Below are positions 45,105 to 54,387 of a DNA stretch of 64,000 bases, piece by piece; the stretch's first letter is position 1; each line of letters begins with the position of its first letter. Source of the stretch: Candidatus Lloydbacteria bacterium RIFCSPHIGHO2_02_FULL_50_18 (GTDB lineage Bacteria > Patescibacteriota > Minisyncoccia > Phycocordibacterales > UBA6899); NCBI GenBank assembly GCA_001821395.1, contig MHLM01000001.1, positions 64,001 through 128,000 on the forward strand, written 5' to 3'. The translations under genes were made by a program, and so were the position numbers. Below the pieces are notes generated by a model. That model did not search any database, was not told where the DNA came from, and saw only the letters and a program-made list of their open reading frames with translations.

Positions 45105-46925
45105 CTAAACGACAGGCAAACAAACAGTGATGGTCGTACCCTCAATGGGCCTGGACTCAACAGAAACAATTCCTCCATTTTTTTCTATGGCATCCTTTAT
45201 GAATACTTGATTTGCCGTTGCCGCGCCCTTCTCCTTATCACTCATACGGCCTGACGTGGGTATGGAGATTTTTAATAGGTCATCCTTCGAACTATCGAAT
45301 TCGGTACTGACAATGATTGTTTTAAGATATTTTTCAGTAGTTTCGTGCGAAATATGTATTGCCCCACCCTTTTTACCATGCTTGATCACATGATCCAGTA
45401 TGCCGAATATTGCATTTTCAATGACTGTCGGATTATCAACAAGGACGTTCAGAGATTCATCGGACGAGTCGTAATGCAAGCTGACCTCTTTTCGAAAAAG
45501 CAGTGGCATAAGAGCTATGTGTAACCGGTGTATCGTGGATATCATATCAAGCCCGATTTTTGATCGAATATTCATACGCTCAACCTCCTCGAGCAAATTA
45601 TCTATAATTTGAGTTATTTTCTGCGACTCATTTGCCAAAAGACTGATTCCTATCGACATGTCTGGGATAAGTTTTGTTATGCTCTCACGAGCATCGTTGA
45701 ACTGCTTAGCTACGGAATTAATGAGAGCCATTGGCACCTTCAGTTCCTGAACTTTATGCTGCAACACGATGAACATATCACCCAAACTGACTGTCATAGA
45801 ATTCATGCTTTCAGCAAGCTCGCTAAATTCGTCTCCCGTCTCTACCTCAATACGTTGAGAGAAATCGCCTGTTTTGATCGCTTCTGAGAGCGATTGAAAT
45901 TTCGACATTGGACTAATAAAAATGATGATTGTGCGATAAGCAAAAACAGAAACCAATAAAATACCTATCAGGAAAATAATAATACTCCTTACCACGATCG
46001 AGAGGACCGTATCCTCAACGCTCTGCATTCCTGTCTCTGTTACCAAGAAAAATGGGAGGTCTTCAAATTTAATCACCGAAATATTTTCGTTTTCTTTATC
46101 TTCCGCATCATAAATTTTTATCGTTACCATCTTCGTATAGGTATCGATGATTGTTTGCACCTCATTGTATTGTAACGGTACAACCTCCTTACCAAGCAAT
46201 TTACTCGTCTGTGTGATAAGTGCGATATTTTTAGACGAAAGTGTGCCAACACTTTTCAGAAAACGTTCGGATCGATTGGAAACTAAAATGATACCGAAAC
46301 TATCGGTAAGCATAACCGTACTTGTGTTTAACAGGTGACTGCGGAGGATCGAATCATCGATCTCGGTACTGTTTGTCTTGACCACCAAAACACCAACGAC
46401 ACTGCCGTCAGCGCTCTTTACTGGGTAAGAATAATAGTAGCCAAATTGATGGCTCGTGCTACCAATTGCAACATCAATATATGCATTACCACTCAATGCT
46501 TGTTTAAAATAATCCCGAAAACTATAGTCCTCTCCGATAAAACGCGCATCTGTTGAAACAAGGCCAATACCATGAGTATCCAAAAGGTAGATGGCCAAAT
46601 ATTTGACGTTTTCCTTTGTATATTCTGAAAAAATATCCAAAAGTACTTTTTTCTTCGCTTCGTCTGGGTGAATGGAAAAATCTCGCACTAAGGAGTTAGT
46701 CCCGAGCATTTTTGCAAATAGCTGATTAGTCTTTATCACCTGAGCAGTATGATGGACCTGCTCGGTCGCTATAACATTGATGTTGTTGATATTCCCCTCG
46801 ACAAGCGCAAAATTTACATAAAACGATATGACGAACGCCGTTAAAATACATAAAACAACAGATGATAAAACAAAAAGAATCGTTATTTTCGTTCGGACTG
46901 AAAAATTTCGGATATGAGATAGCAT
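45105..46925 (-). CDS. Membrane sensor, Cache-like extracellular domain + HAMP + degenerate histidine-kinase-like C-terminus (H-box His replaced by Gln)
   Basis: TM1 then ~280-aa periplasmic domain, TM2, then HAMP 'SPMSKFQSLSEAIKTGDFSQRIEV...DEFSELAESMNSMTVSL'. DHp-like 'VQELKVPMALINSVAKQF'. C-terminal 'GGIVSVESRPIEGTTITVCLP' ATPase-lid-like tail with weak G1/G2 boxes. Confidence 0.75.
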   Translation of the reverse strand: MLSHIRNFSVRTKITILFVLSSVVLCILTAFVISFYVNFALVEGNINNINVIATEQVHHTAQVIKTNQLFAKMLGTNSLVRDFSIHPDEAKKKVLLDIFSEYTKENVKYLAIYLLDTHGIGLVSTDARFIGEDYSFRDYFKQALSGNAYIDVAIGSTSHQFGYYYSYPVKSADGSVVGVLVVKTNSTEIDDSILRSHLLNTSTVMLTDSFGIILVSNRSERFLKSVGTLSSKNIALITQTSKLLGKEVVPLQYNEVQTIIDTYTKMVTIKIYDAEDKENENISVIKFEDLPFFLVTETGMQSVEDTVLSIVVRSIIIFLIGILLVSVFAYRTIIIFISPMSKFQSLSEAIKTGDFSQRIEVETGDEFSELAESMNSMTVSLGDMFIVLQHKVQELKVPMALINSVAKQFNDARESITKLIPDMSIGISLLANESQKITQIIDNLLEEVERMNIRSKIGLDMISTIHRLHIALMPLLFRKEVSLHYDSSDESLNVLVDNPTVIENAIFGILDHVIKHGKKGGAIHISHETTEKYLKTIIVSTEFDSSKDDLLKISIPTSGRMSDKEKGAATANQVFIKDAIEKNGGIVSVESRPIEGTTITVCLPVV

Positions 46926-47349
46926 AGAGATTTTTCTTAACCGGTAACTCGATCATTTGCCATCACCATGACACGGTGCACTCTCGGTCAATAATTTATT
47001 CCTAAAAAGACGGGTCCATTGCAAGAACATTGTTTGATACTCGCAGCAAGCGTTCTTTGTCCATTTTTATTAACAAGAGAATGCATTTTTCATCGTCGCG
47101 GGGCAAACACTTAACTCCATCAGTATACTATGTATTACAATAGGAAACCATATAATTTCTCACTGGAACATATCTTACCCGTATTGCTTCGGCGTTATCA
47201 TTGAGATCATTCTTGCGTCCCAAGATGACGCTCTTCGACAACGGTACACATGACGAAAGATTAGTGAAGTGCCTTTGTGAACCTTGCGAAAAGCAGAAAA
47301 AACGAAAAATATTCCACGACGACTAGGGCGGCAAGGATGGGGGCTTGTG

Positions 47350-47919
47350 CTATTTCTGCAATTTTCTCCGGATCTCTTCTATTTCGCTCCGTAGTTCGTT
47401 CTTTTCTATTTCATGCTTTTTCATCAACCGATTCATCTTTTCAACTTCCTCACTTTTCTCTTTTATGAGCAAGTGGTCTGCGATCTTCTCTTTTGTAACA
47501 TCTCTTACGGTGGCCTCAATGATCGACTGATCGCAAAGATCAATACGTGCAAGCAGTACTGTTGCAGGGAACTCTTCGCCATTCAGCCTGCGGTGTGTCC
47601 ATTCGAAAAAATGTGAGCCGTCATGCATCGCCGCGTTGATCATCTCCTTGGCCTTTTCGTGCGAAAGACGGCCGTCGGGTTGTTTTTCCGGAGAGAGATT
47701 CCAAGGTCCATTCGCAGTAAATTCTGTCTTATCTTTTGCTCCAAACATTTTTAATGCGGCGGCATTTCCATCGGTGAAACTCCATGCAGGAGGTTCAAGC
47801 GTCATAAGTGCGTCCGCAGAACTTTCAAAAAGCGCGCGGTAGCGCAATTCATCACCTTTTAAGACCTCTTCTAGCGTCTCACGATAGATTGCATCGACAT
47901 TTTTTTTATTAGTGTTCAT
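47350..47919 (-). CDS. Stand-alone PAS-domain protein with C-terminal coiled coil
   Basis: 'YRALFESSADALMTLEPPAWSFTDGNAAALKMFGAK...GRLSHEKAKEMINAAMHDGSHFFEWTHRRLNGEEFPATVLLARI' PAS fold pattern. Heptad-rich tail. Confidence 0.65.
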   Translation of the reverse strand: MNTNKKNVDAIYRETLEEVLKGDELRYRALFESSADALMTLEPPAWSFTDGNAAALKMFGAKDKTEFTANGPWNLSPEKQPDGRLSHEKAKEMINAAMHDGSHFFEWTHRRLNGEEFPATVLLARIDLCDQSIIEATVRDVTKEKIADHLLIKEKSEEVEKMNRLMKKHEIEKNELRSEIEEIRRKLQK

Positions 47920-47974
47920 GTGGGTTTATTAATTGATGAATAATGCATTTAAAATGACTGATCATGCCTCAAAC

Positions 47975-50023
47975 TCAAACGAATGGTAAGTACACCGACA
48001 CGGTCGTCCCTGCTCCCAATTCGGATTCAATAGTGATGATTCCACTGTTTTCTTCTATGTTATTCTTGATGGTCAGCAGACCTAATTGGGGCACTTTTGC
48101 GTATTCGACACTTATTGATTTCGGGGTAGGAGCATATATTTTTAACATATCCTCCTTAGAAATTCCGAGCCCGTTATCTCTAATGATCGTTTTGAAATAT
48201 TTTCCCGCAGCATCATGTTCAATAAATATATCTCCGCCGCGCTTACTGAATTTGATTGCGTTATCCAGCAGACCTGCAAATGATCGTTCGATCAATTCCG
48301 GATCATCGACCAGAACGTGAACGAAGGTTTCGGGCGGTTCATAGTGGATAGCCACCTCCGACAGAGAAGCAGAGGGGACCAGACGGGCCTGCAGACTCTT
48401 GAGCATCGTTACGAGGTCAAATATCATTTTATGTCTAATGTTCGCACCCTCGATCTCATCAAGGAGGCCGTCTACCATTTGCGTTATTTCTTGCGAAGCA
48501 TCAACAATAAGGCTGATCCCCATCGACATGTCCGGAATGAGCGCCGTGATCTTCTGTCGCGCATCATTGAATTGCTTAGCTACGGAATTGATGATGATAA
48601 GAGGGGGCTTCAATTCCTGAATGACACTTGCAATCAAGTCTGTTTTTCTCTTTTCTAACAATAATTCTTCTGTTGTGTTTCTTAAAGTTACGATGCATCC
48701 GGTCACGACATTATTGTCATTCTTTATCGGCGCGGCGCTGCTCACGACCGATACTTCATTTCCTCCTTTGTCGACGATCACAGTATGATCTTCCGAAGAT
48801 CTTTTTTCTCCACCAAGCATCGCCTCTTCAATGAACAATATGTTCGCTTTTTTATCACCCACTCTCACCAGTTTCACAATATCCTTAAAATTCTGACCCA
48901 TCGCCTCCTCGTCCGTGATATCGGTAAAATCTTCCATTACATTATTCCAAAGCGCTATCTTCCAATTTCTATCTATTACCAACATGCCGTCACTGATACT
49001 ATTAAGATAGACCTTCTCCCTACGGCGCAATTCGCTCGAGACGGAAAATATTTTCAAGACTAGCAGCGTAAGCAACAATAGAAATAATCCGACTATAATG
49101 TCCACAAAAGCCACGTGCGTCAAACTGGAATAATAGTCCGCAAAAGCAAACTGTGTCGGACGTTGAACGACAACGCCCCATTTGTACTCGGGAATTTGCC
49201 CGTACGCAGAAAGCGCCTCCTCGCCCCCCATTTCATCATAGGTAATCTCTACGAAGCTTTTGCCACTCAATACTTCTTTTACCGCACTGACCTGCGAATA
49301 ATTAACAAACCCATTATTGAGATCAAAATACGGATGCACGAGCAGGTTGCCATTCTTATCTATAAGATAGGTAAAACCGCCGGGTCCAACATCAACATTA
49401 CGGATCCACGCGGCAATTTTATCCAGTGAAGTTTGAACAAGAAGATATCCGACAACAACGTTCTTTTCGTCACGCACCGGCGCGGCGACGACAGTAACAT
49501 ACACTTCTGGGTGGATTCCCCTTTTGAACACCCCGCTAATTTCTAGCTTTCCCGTAACCGTAATATTTTTGTACCATTCACGATCAGCACGACTTTGTCC
49601 GATGATCGACGGATCGGCAGGATACACATCAATAAGTATGCCGGCTGGATCGAGCAGTGCAACGCCAACAACATCAGAATTACCCATGGCGATATTCCCT
49701 AACAAAAGACTGTTTTTATCCCATTTTGCCTCCTTTGTGTAGTTTACGATATTTGCCTTCGACGCATGCGTAATGACAAGATCCTCAAGAAGATCCAACC
49801 TTGGGGTTACAATGCTCTTCGTATGTTCAACAAGTGCAGCACTGCGCTCATACACGTCAGTTCTCAATACATTCCGATAGGTGACAAAATCATATCCGGT
49901 TGCCAAAATATATGGAACCATTACTGCGAGAATGATCAACAGCCTACTTCTCCAGGAGGTTGGTTCTACAAAGGAAACACTATTGGACACTCGTTTCAGA
50001 ACCTCTTTGACCATATTTAGCAA
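47975..50023 (-). CDS. Membrane sensor, Cache-like domain + PAS + histidine-kinase-like module with canonical HATPase_c but Gln at the H-box position
   Basis: TM-bounded ~270-aa extracellular domain. PAS 'ISDGMLVIDRNWKIALWNN...'. DHp 'SVIQELKPPLIIINSVAKQF'. ATPase N/G1/G2 'LLDNAIKFSKRGG', 'DNGLGI', 'GAGTTVSVYLP'. C-terminal ~180 aa paralogous to 45105-46925. Confidence 0.75.
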   Translation of the reverse strand: MLNMVKEVLKRVSNSVSFVEPTSWRSRLLIILAVMVPYILATGYDFVTYRNVLRTDVYERSAALVEHTKSIVTPRLDLLEDLVITHASKANIVNYTKEAKWDKNSLLLGNIAMGNSDVVGVALLDPAGILIDVYPADPSIIGQSRADREWYKNITVTGKLEISGVFKRGIHPEVYVTVVAAPVRDEKNVVVGYLLVQTSLDKIAAWIRNVDVGPGGFTYLIDKNGNLLVHPYFDLNNGFVNYSQVSAVKEVLSGKSFVEITYDEMGGEEALSAYGQIPEYKWGVVVQRPTQFAFADYYSSLTHVAFVDIIVGLFLLLLTLLVLKIFSVSSELRRREKVYLNSISDGMLVIDRNWKIALWNNVMEDFTDITDEEAMGQNFKDIVKLVRVGDKKANILFIEEAMLGGEKRSSEDHTVIVDKGGNEVSVVSSAAPIKNDNNVVTGCIVTLRNTTEELLLEKRKTDLIASVIQELKPPLIIINSVAKQFNDARQKITALIPDMSMGISLIVDASQEITQMVDGLLDEIEGANIRHKMIFDLVTMLKSLQARLVPSASLSEVAIHYEPPETFVHVLVDDPELIERSFAGLLDNAIKFSKRGGDIFIEHDAAGKYFKTIIRDNGLGISKEDMLKIYAPTPKSISVEYAKVPQLGLLTIKNNIEENSGIITIESELGAGTTVSVYLPFV

Positions 50024-50182
50024 AATTTTTTTGTTGTTCGTAAAAAATTCGAACGTAAGACCACGTCAGTATACTACAAATTATAGTAAGGGACCATGAA
50101 GTTACTCAATAGTAACACGTTCTGAGTACGTCCTTCCGTATTTTTTAGAACCTGCACTTCCATATCTCATTTGCAATCGCCC

Positions 50183-53100
50183 CTAATCCAGCTTTTTAGT
50201 CCCTCGTTTTGCGATCATTCCGGAAAGCGGGAACAAACAAGCAAATACCGTGTCCTCACCGACCTTTGATGTGAACCAGATCTTCCCGCCCGCATTTTCG
50301 ACGATCTGCTTCACAACATACAGCCCGAGCCCTGTACCATCCACGTCCTGTTTTTGGGCATTACTTGCCCGAAACATCTTCTGAAATATCTGTGACTGTT
50401 CACCTTCGGGGATCGGCTCTCCGTTGTTTGACACACTAAAGATGACGTTGCCGCCGTCAGCATGAAGCACTACCGTGATTCTCCCATTATCCTGGGTGTA
50501 CTTAACCGCATTCGAAATAAAATTCTGAAACACCACACGCAGCAGCTTCGCATCGGCAGGGATGATCGGTAATTGCGCGTCGAAGTGCGTGATCATCTGA
50601 TGACCTTTTTGTGCGATACGTCCCTCCATTTCCTTGAGTACCTCATTGCACACTGCGACGAAATCAGTCGGCGTCGGCTCAACGATGAAGACGCCCATCT
50701 CAATACGAGAAACATTGAGGAGTGCGTGGATCAATTCGTTGATACGCGTATTCAGAGAGTAAGTCTCACGCAATATCTCCTTCTGATTATCGGGCATTTC
50801 ACCGTAATCACCATCCAAGAGCATCTCAAGATTCCACTGTATCGCGCCGACTGGAGTCTTTAATTGGTGCGAAGCGAGTGAGACAAATTCGGTTTTTTCC
50901 CTATCGACGATCGATTCTTTCGTGATGTCCCAATTCACACCAACCATCTTGATTGCCTTTCCGTCACCGTCACGCTCGACGAGCGCATGGTCTTGAATAT
51001 AATGCGTTTCCCCACTTGGCCATATGATACGAAATTGCATATTGAACTCCTTTTCACCTCTTAGTGCCGCCTGGATAGCATCGTCTCTCAATTTTTTGTC
51101 ATCAGGGTGCAGTCTTTTTTGCCACGCCTCGAACGTTCTCTCGGACTCTTCTTTCGACATTGCGTACAGCGCGTACATTTGATCATTCCATGAGATCTTG
51201 TCTTTTGTGATATCCCATTCCCACACACCGATCTGTGCCGACTCGGTTGCAAGAGCCAGTCTCCGCGATACTTTTGCAAGATTCTCTTTTTCGCTTTCAA
51301 CGTCATCTAAAATATTAAGCACTGCTTTTTTGGTATTTTCCAGTTCGGCAATATTTGTCACGAGGTCACTGTTCGCATTTTCCGCATACGCGATCGCCTG
51401 TTTTTTTGACCGTGCAGTCACATATATCACACCAAAAAGCGCAAAGCTCATTAACAGGCCGACCACGACAATGAGGTAGCGCAACACGGCATAGGTACGG
51501 CCATTCGGAAGTAATGGCGCATTAGTAAATTCGATCGTCCATGGGTGATCAGCCACATACATCGTTACCGTAGTTCTGAACGTAAGATCCGACGCCCACC
51601 CCTCTACGCCCTCGCTCGCATCGAACATTAATCGTTCGGGAAGCATTCGCAGTCCGTCATAGATGCGGAATGTGATGTCCGCGCTTTTGAAAGCCTGACT
51701 TCCGCGTACAAGTTCGGCGGCATCGATCACGCTGAACACATAACCGAAGACGCTTTCTGGCTGCCGGGAAACACTGCCAGACGCAACATCGCCCCAATGT
51801 ACGGGGGCGTACGCGACGAAACCCGCCTTCATGCCTGCCCCCTCCTGTTGCATCAACATCACTCGGCCGGAGATAGAGGCCTCACCAGAGGCGCTTGCCG
51901 ACGCCATCGCACTGCGCCTCGTCTTCTCCGTAGACATATCAAAACCTATGGACCGACGATCCATTTCCGTAGGGGGCTCCACATAAAGAATGGGTGTATA
52001 TGCACTTCTCTCGCCTTCGGGTGTGATAACAAAATCAGGAAGCCCCTCTTTGCGCATAGAAGCAATGAATGCATCTTTTTCATCGGATGAAACGATCTGT
52101 GCAAATCCCAAACCCTGTATGCCGGGATAATTCTTGAACACTTTGATCGCCGTAAGATATGCACGCCATTCATCTCTGCTTACGGTTTGACTCGCAGCAA
52201 AGAGGCCTCCGGTTCCTCGGAGCGTATTGACGTAGATCTCCATCTGCTTTTGAATGTTAGCGCTGATCTCAGCGACCTCAGTAGCGAAATGAGACTGCTT
52301 TTCCTTCTCAGCATTTGCTTCAAATAAATAATACACGACAAACGTGATCGCGATGCTCACAATAAATATGATCAGAGCGATCCAATTTTCCCTCCAGAAA
52401 TTTTTGACCATTGTTACTTGTCGAATGTACATTAACATGAACAAAACGAGAAGAAGGAGCAAGAATGGGACTCCGAACTGAAAGAAAATGATCTTATTTC
52501 GCTCTTGTTCCGCCATTTGTACGTGCGCCCGGACACTTTCATCTGTATATGTATTTAAAAATTGGTTATATGGCAGCGATCTTTCACCGGTCTTTATGTC
52601 AAAATAAAAATAATCTATTGAAAAATCTTCCATTTTCACGACGTGACCAGAGATCGGTTCGATCCACATAAAAAGATCGCTTGAGAGCTTTACCCCGCGG
52701 GTCTCCGGTACCCCGGGAAGGAATCCCATGAGCTCCGTTTGGTCGGTCGGCTCAATATTGCTTTTTTGGTACTTGAATACTTTTAACCCGTACAAGGTCT
52801 CCTCACCTACGTACTTCATCTGTGAAGGAGTGTTGTTGCTTGCATGCCAGTACGTGAAAGAACTACCCCCCTTGAGCCATCTGGGCGCAAAAAGATACCC
52901 GTCCCTATCTCTATCTCCGGCACCCCTTACGTGTTGCCCGTTCAGCGCATTTATCCCATAGAGTGGCTCTGCGCGAAAGATGGTCTTTCCGTCCAGTGAT
53001 GCGACGTGAAATATATTTTTTATCGTGAAGATGAATCCCGCATACGAAACGACCTCATAAGAAAAATCCGTTTTGGAGTATTGTTCAGCACCAAATTCAC

Positions 53101-53290
53101 CAATGGATGCATCATAAAAATTATCAACAGACACCATGTCCGCCTTGTACGTAAAATCGCTCGGTATCATCAATAGATACGGGGCGACAAGAAAATACCA
53201 TAACGGGACAAATAGCAAGACTGCAAAAGAAAATATGTTCCTGCGCACATATTGAATAAAGGCTGTGATCGTATGTTTTATCTTATCCAT
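50183..53290 (-). CDS. Large multi-domain sensor histidine kinase: extracellular domain, CHASE domain, PAS, HisKA, HATPase_c (1035 aa)
   Basis: CHASE pattern 'RDEWRAYLTAIKVFKNYPGIQGLGFAQIV...ILYVEPPTEMDRRSIGFDMSTEKTRRSAMASASASGEASISGRVMLMQQ'. PAS_3 'WEWDITKDKISWNDQMYALY'. Canonical H-box 'LASHQLKTPVGAI'. 'GTGLGLYVVKQIVENAGGKIWFTSKVGEDTVF'. Confidence 0.8.
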   Translation of the reverse strand: MDKIKHTITAFIQYVRRNIFSFAVLLFVPLWYFLVAPYLLMIPSDFTYKADMVSVDNFYDASIGEFGAEQYSKTDFSYEVVSYAGFIFTIKNIFHVASLDGKTIFRAEPLYGINALNGQHVRGAGDRDRDGYLFAPRWLKGGSSFTYWHASNNTPSQMKYVGEETLYGLKVFKYQKSNIEPTDQTELMGFLPGVPETRGVKLSSDLFMWIEPISGHVVKMEDFSIDYFYFDIKTGERSLPYNQFLNTYTDESVRAHVQMAEQERNKIIFFQFGVPFLLLLLVLFMLMYIRQVTMVKNFWRENWIALIIFIVSIAITFVVYYLFEANAEKEKQSHFATEVAEISANIQKQMEIYVNTLRGTGGLFAASQTVSRDEWRAYLTAIKVFKNYPGIQGLGFAQIVSSDEKDAFIASMRKEGLPDFVITPEGERSAYTPILYVEPPTEMDRRSIGFDMSTEKTRRSAMASASASGEASISGRVMLMQQEGAGMKAGFVAYAPVHWGDVASGSVSRQPESVFGYVFSVIDAAELVRGSQAFKSADITFRIYDGLRMLPERLMFDASEGVEGWASDLTFRTTVTMYVADHPWTIEFTNAPLLPNGRTYAVLRYLIVVVGLLMSFALFGVIYVTARSKKQAIAYAENANSDLVTNIAELENTKKAVLNILDDVESEKENLAKVSRRLALATESAQIGVWEWDITKDKISWNDQMYALYAMSKEESERTFEAWQKRLHPDDKKLRDDAIQAALRGEKEFNMQFRIIWPSGETHYIQDHALVERDGDGKAIKMVGVNWDITKESIVDREKTEFVSLASHQLKTPVGAIQWNLEMLLDGDYGEMPDNQKEILRETYSLNTRINELIHALLNVSRIEMGVFIVEPTPTDFVAVCNEVLKEMEGRIAQKGHQMITHFDAQLPIIPADAKLLRVVFQNFISNAVKYTQDNGRITVVLHADGGNVIFSVSNNGEPIPEGEQSQIFQKMFRASNAQKQDVDGTGLGLYVVKQIVENAGGKIWFTSKVGEDTVFACLFPLSGMIAKRGTKKLD

Positions 53291-53473
53291 ATATGATGCT
53301 CCGGTATTTATACAGAAAATTCATCATTACCCAGAATATTTTTCTATGACTCCATAAAGTATAGCAAATAAAATGTTTGAACCATATGGACGCGTTTATA
53401 CATGAGACAAAGTCCTTAGATCGGCGTTCGCGCAAAAAAACTCGGTGGAAAAAGTTTGTACCGATAATTCCCT

Positions 53474-53872
53474 CTACCGTTCTTGCCATAAAGAAACGAC
53501 AAGCGGGTTAAGGGAGCCGGTAGTAATGTGAACATTACGGACGATATCACTCACGGAACCAACAACGGCGATCGCACGTGATGTTCCACCGGTATTGCTC
53601 ACCGTATATGTACAAGTGCTCTCGTTAAGCATTACGTTCCCCGTGCCGGTGTATGAATTATTTTCACGTAGTGTTTCTAGCGCAACCTCCGCACAAGCAT
53701 TCACAAGAGCCTTGGCGTGAACTCCATTTCTTGTGTTAATACTCCCCCTGATCGACCACATACTGCTTGTTGCGAGTGCAAGAGTGAGGGAAAGCGCAGT
53801 ACCGCCGAGAACGATGACGATGAAAAGCGTCGAGAATCCTTTTTGAACTTTTTTGTGGAAAAGATATTTCAT
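53474..53872 (-). CDS. Pseudopilin-like minor pilin (atypical, no Glu5)
   Basis: From internal Met: 'MKYLFHKKVQKGFSTLFIVIVLGG' is a prepilin-like leader then hydrophobic helix. Last gene of the pilus operon. Track ORF extends to 53947 overlapping the next gene. Confidence 0.5.
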   Translation of the reverse strand: MKYLFHKKVQKGFSTLFIVIVLGGTALSLTLALATSSMWSIRGSINTRNGVHAKALVNACAEVALETLRENNSYTGTGNVMLNESTCTYTVSNTGGTSRAIAVVGSVSDIVRNVHITTGSLNPLVVSLWQER

Positions 53873-53873
53873 A

Positions 53874-54386
53874 TCATTTACGTAATGCTCCGCTACCGTC
53901 AAAACGCACCACGTACGGAATGCCGGCACCGGCATTTGTCGTTGCACTCGTCAGTACAAAGCTGACTTGGACGATGTTAGGCGTACCCGGTTGAGAAAAG
54001 TTCGAGAAGATAAGATCGCTTATGATAACTTTGTTATTAGTGAGCTCAATCGGAGCACCGACACCTTCAGTGACATAGAGCACCCCGCCGCTTGCAGAGA
54101 ACGTCGTAGGACTCGTAGCGGGCGTTTCAGTGATCACACTCAGAAGTCCACCGAGCGCACCGACGGCGGGACTATTGACCTGACTGGCATTACGGAGCGT
54201 TTGCGTTATTGTTTTTATTGCACGCGAGCCCTGAGCGTTCACCTCAAACACGCTTTGACTGTGCAAACGCGCGGAGATGAGGCCAGCGGAAAAACTCATC
54301 AGCCCGATCACGAACACGCCGAATATCGCCACGTAGACGATCATTTCTATAAGTGAGAAGCCTTTTTGCATATCATATATTTTCAT
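53874..54386 (-). CDS. Type IV pilin/pseudopilin with canonical prepilin leader
   Basis: 'MKIYDMQKG|FSLIEMIVYVAIFGV' shows Gly-1, Phe+1, Glu+5. Confidence 0.7.
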   Translation of the reverse strand: MKIYDMQKGFSLIEMIVYVAIFGVFVIGLMSFSAGLISARLHSQSVFEVNAQGSRAIKTITQTLRNASQVNSPAVGALGGLLSVITETPATSPTTFSASGGVLYVTEGVGAPIELTNNKVIISDLIFSNFSQPGTPNIVQVSFVLTSATTNAGAGIPYVVRFDGSGALRK

Positions 54387-54387
54387 A

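Noticed and set aside
53873-53947. 5' extension of the last pseudopilin ORF
   Set aside because: Would overlap the preceding pilin gene by 74 nt. The prepilin-like leader begins at the internal Met (53872).
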